Below, one piece after another: positions 49,606 through 61,589 of a DNA stretch of 64,000 nucleotides (within the stretch, counting starts at the first letter, position 1; each line of letters opens with the position of its first letter). Source of the stretch: Albugo candida (Eukaryota). Location: contig JBDOQK010000003.1 in assembly GCA_040437565.1 (NCBI GenBank), positions 496,001-560,000 of the forward strand. The letters run 5' to 3'. The notes under the pieces were generated by a model. It ran no database searches, had not been told where the DNA came from, and was given only the letters and a program-made list of their open reading frames with translations. The position numbers were made by a program, and so were the translations under genes.

Positions 49606-50953
49606 ATGTAAAGTAGCCTCTGTTGTCGATGCGTATCTCACTATATGAACGACTATAATATAGTACGTGTGTTGAGGTGGTCCTTCATTGATTCTACCGT
49701 GAGTCCCATTGATCACGTCTACTGTCTCGGTCCTTGAACCATCTCAGAATTCCCTGGGTCATTCTAACGAATTGATATTTCTCAATCGATTTGCATTTTC
49801 AACTCTATTTATCAAGTTAAGTGAGAACAGCCAGTGAAGCATGCCGGATCTCCACACATTCTTACGAGGAACATTCCCTATTATTGTGACCCATCTGAGA
49901 ACGTCCTACTTTTTACATGCAAATTCCAGCTACCCGCACGCAATCAAATCCTATGCGAGAAATACTTGGAAAGCAAAAGCGTGGACATGACGTAACATGT
50001 TTGCAAGTCTCTCGAGCGCACTACTTATACTTGACCCATACATTCAAAGAGCATATTTTTACTTTCATTATGTAAAGACATGTCGGGCTTACACTTCCTT
50101 GATTAGACGGTACAGAACGAATTTATCCTGTTTTGTGAATATCCATACTTGGAGCAAACTAAATTCTTCGCGCAAAAGCATCATGCAAAAAGCNNNNNNN
50201 NNNNNNNNNNNNNNNNNNNNNNNNNNNNNNNNNNNNNNNNNNNNNNNNNNNNNNNNNNNNNNNNNNNNNNNNNNNNNNNNNNNNNNNNNNNNNCAGGCAA
50301 TGGGTAGCATCGAGCTCGCTTTCCGTGCTAAACGTCACTCTAGCCGCACAGAACGAGCATGCTAGATGTAAAGTAGCCTCTGTTGTCGATGCGTATCTCA
50401 CTATATGAACGACTATAATATAGTACGTGTGTTGAGGTGGTCCTTCATTGATTCTACCGTGAGTCCCATTGATCACGTCTACTGTCTCGGTCCTTGAACC
50501 ATCTCAGAATTCCCTGGGTCATTCTAACGAATTGATATTTCTCAATCGATTTGCATTTTCAACTCTATTTATCAAGTTAAGTGAGAACAGCCAGTGAAGC
50601 ATGCCGGATCTCCACACATTCTTACGAGGAACATTCCCTATTATTGTGACCCATCTGAGAACGTCCTACTTTTTACATGCAAATTCCAGCTACCCGCACG
50701 CAATCAAATCCTATGCGAGAAATACTTGGAAAGCAAAAGCGTGGACATGACGTAACATGTTTGCAAGTCTCTCGAGCGCACTACTTATACTTGACCCATA
50801 CATTCAAAGAGCATATTTTTACTTTCATTATGTAAAGACATGTCGGGCTTACACTTCCTTGATTAGACGGTACAGAACGAATTTATCCTGTTTTGTGAAT
50901 ATCCATACTTGGAGCAAACTAAATTCTTCGCGCAAAAGCATCATGCAAAAAGC
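49534..50953. repeat. 660-bp duplication flanking N gap 50194-50293
   Basis: 49534-50193 matches 50294-50953 (offset 760). Confidence 0.95.
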
Positions 50954-51153
50954 TCAAATCATTCAGATCCTGGGTATTAGGTACAGGGCTTGATGGTGAA
51001 CTTTTCCGTATGTCGGAGCATGTGCTACTGTGTCAACTCGCTCTATGCCAATGTCGTGCGAGTAACAGACTTTACTCGGGATCTGTTCCAGATTTTATTT
51101 GGGCCCCAATTTCCCTCTTTTTGTTTTCATTCTCAAAGTAGAACTGGTCATAG

Positions 51154-51807
51154 ATGCATTCCACATGCTTAACAGCAGGATTCTTCACTACTGTGGTAAC
51201 AGTTTTGCCGGTAGCGGCCAGATCAGGCGTAGAACAGTATAAATCCACAGGTTTTGATCTGAAGGAAGCAACGGTGGACTTTCACCTATTCACTTACACG
51301 TCTGACTCAAGCGCTTGCGTCGAGCTACTTCAAACGGGATTTTACGATGTAAAAGGAGTCTACACTGTTACAACCGGCCTCTCTTTCACGACGAACTGCT
51401 ACTTCATGAAAGCAGCACCGGATACCTCTGTGATAACAAATTCCAAATCCTCTAAAGAAAACTTGTTTATCTACAGAGCAAACATGAGGGACAATTCTGA
51501 GCCTGTTGGGAAAGATATGTGCACGAGTTCACAAGAATGTGCTTGGCCCATGCAGTGTTATCAACGCAAGTGCGTGGAAACAGGACATACTTTGCTGGGA
51601 ATGGCAATAAGTAGTGCTTCAGCAAACAAAACTTTGTTGACTCAATCGAAGGATACTTGTATGGATGCCCTCACGAAGGAAAAAACATACAAATTTTACA
51701 ATTTTGAAGAAAACGTCGGGACACTTGGGACATGCACACTTATGAGGGACATAAGCGTTCTGCGTTACGAGACCAAGAGTATAATAGGAGCTTCTCACCA
51801 AGGCTGA
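51154..51807 (+). CDS. Secreted cysteine-rich protein (effector candidate; PAN/apple-like modules)
   Basis: Intronless 217 aa with signal-peptide-like N-terminus and 8 Cys in the mature part; TCATTCT INR-like element at about 51127. Confidence 0.7.
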   Translation: MHSTCLTAGFFTTVVTVLPVAARSGVEQYKSTGFDLKEATVDFHLFTYTSDSSACVELLQTGFYDVKGVYTVTTGLSFTTNCYFMKAAPDTSVITNSKSSKENLFIYRANMRDNSEPVGKDMCTSSQECAWPMQCYQRKCVETGHTLLGMAISSASANKTLLTQSKDTCMDALTKEKTYKFYNFEENVGTLGTCTLMRDISVLRYETKSIIGASHQG

Positions 51808-52123
51808 AAGATCTATTGCGTTTTTTAAACCTTATCAGAAATACATTTCGTTCATCTTCAGTATTAAAGACGCTGTAGGCATGCACGTACATCGACGTCG
51901 TCATTTGATTCCAATTTCAAGCGACAATAGGGCTGAATTCATGTCTTAAGGCACAAGCAGCTAATTGCACGGGGGAGTTGCAAAGATCAGTTTTTGTTCA
52001 TCGTCTTACTTCCACAGAATTGAATCAAAGTGTCACCGCTATGGGCTGGTATAACGCCTGTCATAGATGATCCGTCTGTGGTAAGCCTATGCTTAGCACA
52101 GTTTCTTTCACAACTTATAAATA

Positions 52124-54347
52124 GGAAATTGCTGCGGACACCCCCTTTTTTTGCTACGGACACACCCCTAAAGAGAGAAATTACAAACATACCCCCTACT
52201 TTCGTACCGTCAATCAGGTAAAAGAAGTCTATCTATCCCTAAAAATAGAAATTACATACCCTTTATAGGTCATCACATCCATAACCTGTGATTATTAATT
52301 TTTGCGGCCAAAATTGAAGAATCATCAAACATAAACGGTCAACAAATTTAATTGGCGTAAATTGGAACCCCCCAATACCATTCCAACAGCTTTTCCCCAA
52401 TCACATTTAATCTTGATACAACCATCCTGCTCATTTGACAACAAAACACATTCCTTTTTTTCTGCCAGCCCATTGATCTGAGCAGCATGCCTCGAACATC
52501 AAAACAGCAACGTCACATGAAAGCTATGCGGGCTGCTTATAAGAGGAAAAAAGCCGGAAATATATCAAGTTCAACTATCGAAATAGGAGCGATATAAAGG
52601 CGGATTAAGAAGTTGAATTCGAGGATTTTGTGGAAAAGCAAACGGACACCATTATCGTGAGTATTGAGTTTGCTTGTAAACGGCCTTCTTGGTACCTTGG
52701 AGATTCCGACAGAACGAAGCAGCGCAAAAGAGCAGCGCAGGAAAAAACAGCTATTGGTTCAAGAAAGCTAGAGACATACTTCAAGGCGAAAGCCACACAG
52801 CGTCAGCCTATAGACTCTGAAAGCGAGACTCGATAGATGAAAGACCTCTTCATTCTCAGAACAATTTTCAATGAGCGCTTGTGAAACTGGGAAAACAAAA
52901 TGAATCACAGGAGGAAATTATGCGGCTGCGTCTTGCCTCTGTTGCAGGATACTTCAGGCTTATACTCTGCGGCAGTGAGGTATAGTCAATTCATTTTGAA
53001 CATTCTCTAGCGCAATTTTATTTTATTTATTAACGGTCTATCGTGATTGCAAAATAGAGAGTTGCTGCCTCGCAAATAATTGCGGCGACGAATGGAAAAG
53101 GGCGTTGGTTTGCCGAGATGTTTCGTGGCTGGGGACGTTTATGTATTGAAANNNNNNNNNNNNNNNNNNNNNNNNNNNNNNNNNNNNNNNNNNNNNNNNN
53201 NNNNNNNNNNNNNNNNNNNNNNNNNNNNNNNNNNNNNNNNNNNNNNNNNNNAAAAATCATCCAATTAGAAATTAAGCCTTTTGTTTTGAAGCGCTAGACT
53301 GTATCTATCATATAAAATCACTGTTTGTTATGCGATGATTTATGCGTGAAGAGTAGTGAATTTACTAAGGCCTAAAAAAGTTACAGGTTATTGGTGGTGT
53401 GCACTGTATTAAAAAAAAAGCTAGACATGACCCCATTCATTCCTGCTCATAAAACAAGTCAAGTATGTCTACTTTGTGGACTTCTTGGAATGTGTCAATC
53501 GTCTTGGTCATGGATTTGTGGTCGCTACTCCATTGACGATCCTGCTCCATGTTATGGCCTGGTTCACCAACAGCTACATCATAGCAGAGCACCAAGTGAT
53601 TCAATTCATCTGGTGACACTTGAAGCCTCTCATGCAATTCAAAGTACCCAGCAGAAAATCGATCAATTGTGGTGTACGCAGGCCTCGCTTTGATGCTATT
53701 TACACGTATCGCCACAGGGATCCCGTCATCAAATGTCATACGGTCACAACTCTCATTTTGGAGATCACTGCTGTCCATTTTCGGGCACGTAGGTGCCGTC
53801 ACGACGCTTTTCTGGAACTCGAGCAGCCTTCCAACACGTCGGCACTTTAGACTTTATCTCAGAATGATCCCTGCGCTGTGCTGGCTTCAGTTTATGTGTC
53901 TTCCCAATTCCAAATGCTTTTTGGAAACAATGACTTCCTCGATTTGTCTTTTTGATCCTTATTTTCCATCTTCTCATCACGATGAATAAAAATCATCTAT
54001 CTCCCAACAGCGATCACATCATCGGCGGCTTGCTCGTTCCAGCGTACATGCTGATTCTTGGACCTTTATCTCCAGTCTCCACTCTCCGTCATGCTTTTTC
54101 TCGGTCAAACCATTTGCTTCGCGTTCATCATCCATTGCATAAACACGATTACACGCTCAAAAAGTAAAGCCGCTGAGTGTCATCACCTATGCTTTGTGCT
54201 GGGATGTCGTACCATCCGATCATGAGAATTTACTCTCGAGTCTCCAAAACGCCGCCGGGGTTTATCGGTTTTGATGACTTTTACTTTAAGAAAGTAGGGG
54301 GTATGTTAGTAGTTTTTATTCTCAGGGGTGCGTCCGCAGCAATTCCC
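52124..54347. mobile_element. Degenerate TIR DNA transposon (contains N gap 53152-53251)
   Basis: Left end GGAAATTGCTGCGGACAC...AACATACCCCCTACTTTC; right end GAAAGTAGGGGGTATGTT...GTGCGTCCGCAGCAATTCCC. TATAAATA flanks both ends (52116-52123 and 54348-54355). Confidence 0.85.
52487..53151 (+). pseudogene. Disrupted transposase-like N-terminal region
   Basis: Fragments MPRTSKQQRHMKAMRAAYKRKK, YLGDSDRTKQRKR...KLETYF and ASQIIAATNGKGRWFAEMFRGW, separated by stops and frameshifts. The catalytic region is not visible. Confidence 0.55.
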
Positions 54348-56489
54348 TATAAATATTGCTCGCTAGCTTCGCTGAATAGAATATTCTGTAAAAAACAAGT
54401 AGTGAAGAATGACCATTTGTAACGATGACTCGCGTGGTATAAACAGTGCAAATTTAAAAGCACCATCTTTCTTCCTCCCCAATTTCAATGCACAGACCAT
54501 GCCTGCCTATTACCCTACCTACTACTTACTGTTGTTGCGACCGCTGGGCCTCACGTGTGGTTTGGCAACACCCGTATTAATTCCGTGAGATTATCGTCGA
54601 ACTAGTGCTTTACTGCCAAAGTCAGCGCAGGTCTAGCTGACAAAACATTCAACTGGGCTGTGCTACTACAAATTCGTGCCTCTCGCAGATAGTAGCATCT
54701 TTTTTGACGGCACATAAAAATAGGAGCCAGAGAACTATATATGTATTAGTAACGATGAAAATGAGCGCGAGCTTTTATAAGCGCTATGCGAAAATTAGAG
54801 GCTCCCGTAACCAAAAAGCATACATGCATAGCCATATTTCCTTGCTCTGTTGTTTGACACATACTAGGATATTCTGATGGACCGCATCAATAAGTGTCTG
54901 TATTGTCAGGCTCTGCATAGCCCCAGCACGAAAGCCAGAGCACCAGCTTGAACGCGGATAAAATGCGCTAATGGAAAAAAACAAGCTAGTGGAGACGACA
55001 ACAAAAAAAACGGTAGCTGTTGGTGCAAACACCAGTGCAACTTGTGAGGGCACGGGAAACGAATAGAAAATGTCGATGAAACGCTATGTGTAGCATTGTG
55101 GAATCACAGTACAAAAACTTTATCAATATTTCTCAAATAAGTGTCTGACTGAATCGACGTCTTCGATCCTGAAAAAATCATCAGCAGTAGAGGAATCGGG
55201 TCATGGAATGATAGCCGAAGAAGTATTTTGATGAACGAATTAGTCTGAAAAGCTCGATCAGTGTAGTTGCCAAAATGGTCGTGATTTTTTTGTGCCAGCA
55301 CCGCAACTGTCGCAAATTATAAGCGGCAACAGGTATGAGTTATTACTCGTATAAGAATGTCTCATTACTGAAGATTTTGAGCAATGAAACTTTGAAGGCC
55401 ATTTCGGGATCGACTTCTTTTTCGAAACGTCACTTTACTCGTTCCAGTCCCCAATTTACATTTCTGTGCCAAGTTATTATCCTAGGATTGCGAATGGATA
55501 TAGAGAGTGCAGAAACATGTATATCTTCGAACCCGTCTTGAGCTGACACATTGGGGCTTGAAAGATATGCTCCCAGCAGTACTAATTCTTGGAGGAGGTA
55601 TGCATAACTGGCAATATTTGAACAATATCACTGGTGGTTGTGATTTTGTTCGCTCGTTATGGCTTCTTGATGCACCACATATTTTTAGTTGGCCTAAGGG
55701 CTCGTACCACTGAAGCTGTATTAGCTCAGTAAAGACAGGTCACGAAAAGGGGCGCTAAGTGGGCTTTATGGCATCCATATGCAACCGAATCAGATGAAGT
55801 TTCCTCTCTTTGGTTGCATATATGACGTTCGCTTCACAAATCCATTTCGAGCGATAAATTTTTTAGATATCATGAATTTTAGCTCGGCTGACAGATCCTT
55901 TGCGGCTCTAACAGTGCCTCCTTAGAGATCTTGTTCTCAGCTCCAAAAAAGCAGTCCGCTTGTTTTATTCTAGATTAGTCACGCACATTGTGGAAGAAGG
56001 CTCGTGCGATTAAGAATTGCATGTAATACTGCGCTTACCATGAGATGCATATCGAATTGAGGTCGATCTGCATTTTGCTGTCTCGAGCGCTAAGATCGGG
56101 CCACTGCGTCCGGGAGATCTGTCAACTTTGACGTTCAGCGCGGTTACCGAACAGTCGATAGGATGATACAAAAGGATAAGGAGACTGCGTAATTTGTTTG
56201 TTACACTCTTTGACACAACCTTAAGCTACATCCACACTACATCAATTATGTAATCGATAAAATCATCAGAGCATCTTTGCAGGTGAAAACACTACAGACT
56301 GTAAATGACTGTGAAGCACTACAGCTTACTTAAACGTGAGTAAAAAACAGGATTTCGAATCTTTACAATTTTTGGATTTTCTGTTTTGTCAGTTTTTGGA
56401 ACATTCGAATTTCTCCCATTATACGCAGCTGAGTCGACCACACAACTTTGCATAACTGGTTCTCCACCAATCTTGATAATTTGATCGAT

Positions 56490-58275
56490 ATGGGGGGCAT
56501 ATTCATCGACCCTGCCGCCTTACCGCAGAATGGATACGGCCTATTTCAGGTGCTTTTCCTTGGCGCTGTCTATGGGTTTGTTCTTTTCAATGCCAGTAAT
56601 ATGATATCGAATGGCAGTGAGCTATTACTATTAGTGCCCTGTACGCTAAGAATAGCAATGTCTATTAATCACATACATGCACCTTTTTTTACTTTCTCAT
56701 GAATTTGTAGCGCTCGCAGGAATCGTTGGAAGCATCGTGCTTCCCGTGCTCGGAGCTGTTCCAGACGGGATGATCGTTTTATTTTCTGGTATGGGCCCAA
56801 ATGCGCAAGAACAGCTATCAGTGGGTGTTGGAGCCCTGGCCGGATCTACAATCATGCTGCTAACAATCCCTTGGGCTATAAGTGTGTACGCTGGCCGGGT
56901 CAATTTGGATGAACATGGTCGTGGAAGGTACAAACGACCTAAAAATGCACCTGCAGATTGGAATAAACTGAATCCTCCAAACAACAAACACATTTGGAAA
57001 ACAGGTGTCGTGCTGCTGGACGAAATACAAATGAATGCGAAGACTATGGTTTTTACCAGTTTGATCTATCTTGTTTTGCAAATTCCCGCATTTCAATACA
57101 CCGGGACCCATCAACGAGATGCACAAGCTGATACATCTGTGGTTACCGTCGCGGAACGTCCTTATGCATTCGTGACACTATGTGTCTGTGTGATAGCATT
57201 CGGCATGTACATGTACTGGAATGTCCAACGATCTTCTACCTCCCAAGTTGCAAGCGACATCAAAGGCGAGGTAGCTGTTGAGGCCATTCGGCATGATAGA
57301 GCTAGCTTATCAGGAATTTTAGCAGCTGAAGCTTCAAAACTAAGCGACCGCATGCCCTCTGAAAGGTCCCCAATCAACGCTAGAGCTCATGATACTGCAC
57401 TCGAAGACATTATGCGACCCTTCTTTGCAAAGTATGACAAAAATCACGACAAGAAGATGGACATCAATGAGTTGCAACTATTTTTCATGGACATGAATGA
57501 ACAGCTGACGCGGGAAGAATTGGAGACATGGTTGTTCATGGCCGATAAAGATCAAAGTGGGTTTATTGAATTCAGCGAACTGGTCGAAGCGACTAAGAAG
57601 TACCTTGTGGCAAAGTACAAGGGTGAGCAAGCTGGCAAGAAGACACAGATGAAGCACATACATTTCAATGACATTGAAACCTCCGTATACCCCAGTAACC
57701 CAGGAAATGTTGATCATGAGGAGTCTGACGATGAAGAAGAAGAGGAAGTTCCCCAAGATCTAGCCCATCTGTCCATCCATGATCAACAGCGCAGGATCAA
57801 ATTGCGTTCAGCGTATCTCATGCTTCTCGGAACAATCCTTGTCTTGATCTTTTCTGATCCAATGGTGGATGTTTTATCGGAGATTGGAGCTCGTACAGGC
57901 ATTCCCGCATTTTATGTCTCATTTGTTATCGCTCCGCTGGCTTCCAATTCCAGTGAGCTGATTGCCGCCTACAACTATGCGACAAAGAAAACCTCCAGAA
58001 GCGTATCGATTTCTATCTCTGCTTTACTCGGAGCGGCTTGTTTAAACAACACGTTCTGTCTGGGCATCTTTGCCGCTTTGATGTTTTTCAAAAATGGCGG
58101 ATTGATATGGAAGTTTTCAGCAGAGACATGTGCTATCCTATTTGTTGAATTGTGCATGGGTGTCATGGCTATGCGGAAGACGCAGCGATTGGTGGATGCG
58201 ATGTGTGTGCTTTGCTTGTATCCAGCCTAAATTGCCTTGGTGATACTTTTGCAAAATGGTTTTGATTTGGACTAA
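56490..58275 (+). CDS. Na+/Ca2+ exchanger with central EF-hands (EFCAX/NCL-like); in-frame TAA at 58228
   Basis: Intron 56641-56710; LPVLGAVPDGMIVLFSG, GALAGSTIMLLT, EF-hands DKNHDKKMDINE and DKDQSGFIEFSE, FSDPMVDV, APLASNSSEL, CLNNTFCLGIF. Confidence 0.9.
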
Positions 58276-58377
58276 AATGTTCCTGAGCCACATTCGATTG
58301 TTTGCTTGAAATGAGATAACCAATCAAATTTTGAATTGTTGAGAACCTTTTTTGACTGTGCGTTTTGACTGGCTCAT

Positions 58378-59683
58378 ATGTTGGTGCACTATGGTGTGCG
58401 GCGATGGTGTCGTGGACTTGATGCTCAGACACATCACTTGAAGTTTATGTGTCAAGTGAACAAAACGAGTAATCCATCAGCAAACGCTAGACTAATCGTT
58501 TGCTTCTCTGGCGCTAAACATTCACCACATACTACGAATACGCAGAAGTCACAACAACTCACTCAATACAGCTGGGTCAATAATGCCTACAACACACCAC
58601 TCCAGATTCTCATCCATAAAATTGGTTTCACCCGGGAAGAAGCTGAAAAATGCATTTCCTCCTCTCAAGCCGTACATGCCCGCTTTTGTCTTCTCATGTA
58701 CTCTATACTAACATCACGTCGTATTTGTGCAGTTGAGATCGTACAATCCCACAGAAATGCTGAAAAAGGTATCTTCAGTAGGTCAAAGTTACGCTTGCAA
58801 AATTTGATGTGGCATATGTTTCAGATCTTGTTCATGGACCAAATAGGAATGACTAATGCTATGATGAAGAAAGCCATTCAAAAGAGTCCCAAAGTGCTCG
58901 GTTGCAATATAGAAACTTTACGTAAACTGGTTGATTGGTTTACAGAGCTCGGGGTTCCTTCCAGAAAGGTGATATCTTCAAATTAAGCATGAGATTTTTC
59001 TTACAGCTAACGTATCGCATTAGATTGCTTACATCGTGATGGTTACCGGGCAATATGTTGTTCCATATATGATAGATAATCTGAGCTCACAACGGGACTT
59101 CTTGCTTCACAAAGTTGGTCTCAGCCGTGCTCAAGTTGGAATTGTGCTCACCAAACATCCGCAGTTGATGACACACTGTCTGGACCCCATAAAAAGTCGG
59201 ATACAATTTCTGCAATCGTACAAGTACACTGAAAGTGAAGTCTGCAAAATGATTCAAGCCTGCCCAGAAATCCTCGCTTCATCCATTGACACCATGTCTG
59301 CAAAGCTGATCGTTCTGGGACTTATATTTGGTCAAGAAGCAGCTATATCAACGTTCTGTAAATACCCGAGGATCATCATGCACAATAGCTCCGCGTTGCA
59401 ACAATCCTTTGACTTTTTAGCCAATACAGTCAAATTGCCAGTGACTGAAATCCAGCCTTTGATTGTGATGCGTAATGTTGACCGCATCATTCTCCCTCGA
59501 TTTCATTATTTGAAGAGCCTCAAAATCCCAGATTCTTATTTCAGGCGTCGTTTCTGGATCCAGAGTTCTGATGCTCAATTCAGAAATGAGTTCCCTGCTT
59601 ACAGGTTCTTCCCACAAAATCAACGAGCACTCTGTGAAAACAAAAAAAAATCAACGGCAATAGTGTCTAACGCAACAGTTTAA
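58378..59683 (+). CDS. mTERF-family protein (multi-exon)
   Basis: Repeats KSPKVLGCNIETLRKLVDWFTELG, KHPQLMTHCLDPIKSRIQFL, CPEILASSID, KYPRII, VDRIILPRFHYL. Confidence 0.8.
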
Positions 59684-59804
59684 GCGAAGCGTATATAATT
59701 CGCGGCGACATATATTAGATACATTCATAATGTACTCGATTACACGTAATGATTGGTATACTTTTTATGCGTTCTGAATCATTATTCGCTGGCTTGCGTA
59801 TACC

Positions 59805-61385
59805 CTAGATTAATTCTTGATCGGCTTTCAGGTAAGATTCTTCACACGTCTCTAAAGGCTCTAAGAAAGAGCTCCATAAAGCTATCAAGTGCATCCGCCT
59901 TCTCAGAAGTCGCTGATGAAATTTTACTGACAAGGGCTTGGATCCCATGTCAGTAAGGCACTCTTGAATTTTTAAGTTAGAGCCAGGTTCTTGAAAAGGC
60001 TTGACAGGTTTTCGGCGTTGACGAAGCGAGACGTGAGTGGGACTGAGATTATATACCAGCGTTAATCGATCTGTTTTCAAGACTTTGCGTAGTCCAAAGG
60101 GATACGGATCCAGAAGTGTTTTACCGTTAACATAAAGAAGCTCATCATCATCGTCTTCGAATGGCATGTAATGTGCCATGTTCCCACATAGCGTCTCTGA
60201 ATGCCTTTTTATATCACCATTTGGAAACGAGTCAATAGCGCTAACACCCCACGGAGAGAACGTGTAAGGCTGATGGGCGAATTCCCAGGAAAGCCAGAAT
60301 CCTTCTTTATCGCCCCACGAAAACTTGTATAAAAATCGCTTTTCAGTCATCATGTACCACAAAACATCTAAGGCTTTTCCCACTCGACTTTTATCGACAG
60401 CAACAATGGATGAATCTTGCTCGTGACAACTACTCTCATTAAATGAGAGGGATTGCTTCAGGTGGGCAGAAGGATTGGGGCCGGACAAATTGAATCGCGC
60501 GTATGGAAACTTCTGCACCCACGCTTTGAGATATTGAATTGGTGGCTCTTTCGAGGTGCGCGATAGCTTTACCTTACGATTGAAGTTGACTCGCTTCCTT
60601 ACGACCCGGTCATAGAAAAACATGGTGCCAGTCCTATTATACCCTGGTGACGATCGAATGATGCTCGGATCGCGCATGGCCAGAACATCGGCGTCCAATA
60701 ATAAAACTTCGGTGATGTTAGTGTGATACAAAGCCAAAGGCTTGATCCAGTAACTTCGGAATGTCTTGGCAAGTTTCTCCTCCATTTTTCCACTTCGAAT
60801 CATTTCTGTGCACACATCAATGAGTTGTATTCGGTCATCGAGATGTCGAAACAAGTCACGAGTGTGATTAGATATCTCATCGGGAAAACAAAAAAATACT
60901 TGCACTAGTTCCATATTTCCAAGACATCGCAGCTCTCGAATCAACGATATCCCCATCGGTACTATTTCTTCATGCAAACAAAGGATGATGCCTCTTGCGT
61001 ACGAAATCTCGGCCCCGGTGGTAGATTCTTCGGGAGTGGAAGCGAGAGACGGGGAGGTAAGAGAAGATGATGCTGAGATGTCAGTAGTCGATTTGTGATG
61101 CCCTATGGAATCAGCGTCCATAGCCTTGCTGCTAGCTGCGGATTGATTGTAATGTGCGTCATCACGTAAATGATGCTGTATTGTAGAGGATTGCTCATTT
61201 TTGTCAGCGTGAGGCAAAGTTGAAGTAAACGCCGATGTTAGACGTGCTGAAAGTATTGGCTTGCCATTTCTAGATGACCAAAGAAGTACCACGCTACAGA
61301 TAGACCAGGTCATCAGCAGTGTCAGAATCAGTATAATAATGCCACCCGACAGACTCCGTCGGTCATTGCCTCGCCTTCCGGACAT
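59805..61385 (-). CDS. Type II membrane alpha-mannosyltransferase (GT71, MNN-like)
   Basis: N-terminal TM, Ser/Thr-rich stem, RGIILCL, LIRELRCLGN, YWIKPLAL, LLLDAD, GTMFFYDR, HEQDSS, SWGDKEGFW. Confidence 0.9.
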   Translation of the reverse strand: MSGRRGNDRRSLSGGIIILILTLLMTWSICSVVLLWSSRNGKPILSARLTSAFTSTLPHADKNEQSSTIQHHLRDDAHYNQSAASSKAMDADSIGHHKSTTDISASSSLTSPSLASTPEESTTGAEISYARGIILCLHEEIVPMGISLIRELRCLGNMELVQVFFCFPDEISNHTRDLFRHLDDRIQLIDVCTEMIRSGKMEEKLAKTFRSYWIKPLALYHTNITEVLLLDADVLAMRDPSIIRSSPGYNRTGTMFFYDRVVRKRVNFNRKVKLSRTSKEPPIQYLKAWVQKFPYARFNLSGPNPSAHLKQSLSFNESSCHEQDSSIVAVDKSRVGKALDVLWYMMTEKRFLYKFSWGDKEGFWLSWEFAHQPYTFSPWGVSAIDSFPNGDIKRHSETLCGNMAHYMPFEDDDDELLYVNGKTLLDPYPFGLRKVLKTDRLTLVYNLSPTHVSLRQRRKPVKPFQEPGSNLKIQECLTDMGSKPLSVKFHQRLLRRRMHLIALWSSFLEPLETCEESYLKADQELI

Positions 61386-61589
61386 GTTCAGCGCACAAAT
61401 ATTATTCTTCAAACAAAGGTATCGGTCAGCTCAGAGAAAAATGATTTCTCTCGTCGCTTCGAATGTTCGGTAATACTACGCTTCTTATCAGCCGCGAAGA
61501 AAACTCTTTACTCGTCGCCAGATCCACCACACTCTTACATCAGGATACGAACGATCGTTAAAGATAGAAAGAGCTATATTTGATCTATT

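Noticed and set aside
45005-50953. GAD/ATP10 gene amplification
   Set aside because: Duplicates are partial, end exactly at gaps and are nearly identical.
51154-51807. Calling this an Albugo CHxC/CCG effector
   Set aside because: ACVELLQTG lacks the second cysteine of the CxxC motif.
56360-56400. Sm-site-like AATTTTTGG suggesting an snRNA
   Set aside because: No recognisable snRNA sequence or stem-loops; likely a T-rich promoter tract.
28867-58275. A calcium-signalling gene cluster (calpain, GAD, EF-hand exchanger)
   Set aside because: Genes are spread over about 30 kb among unrelated genes; no evidence beyond chance.
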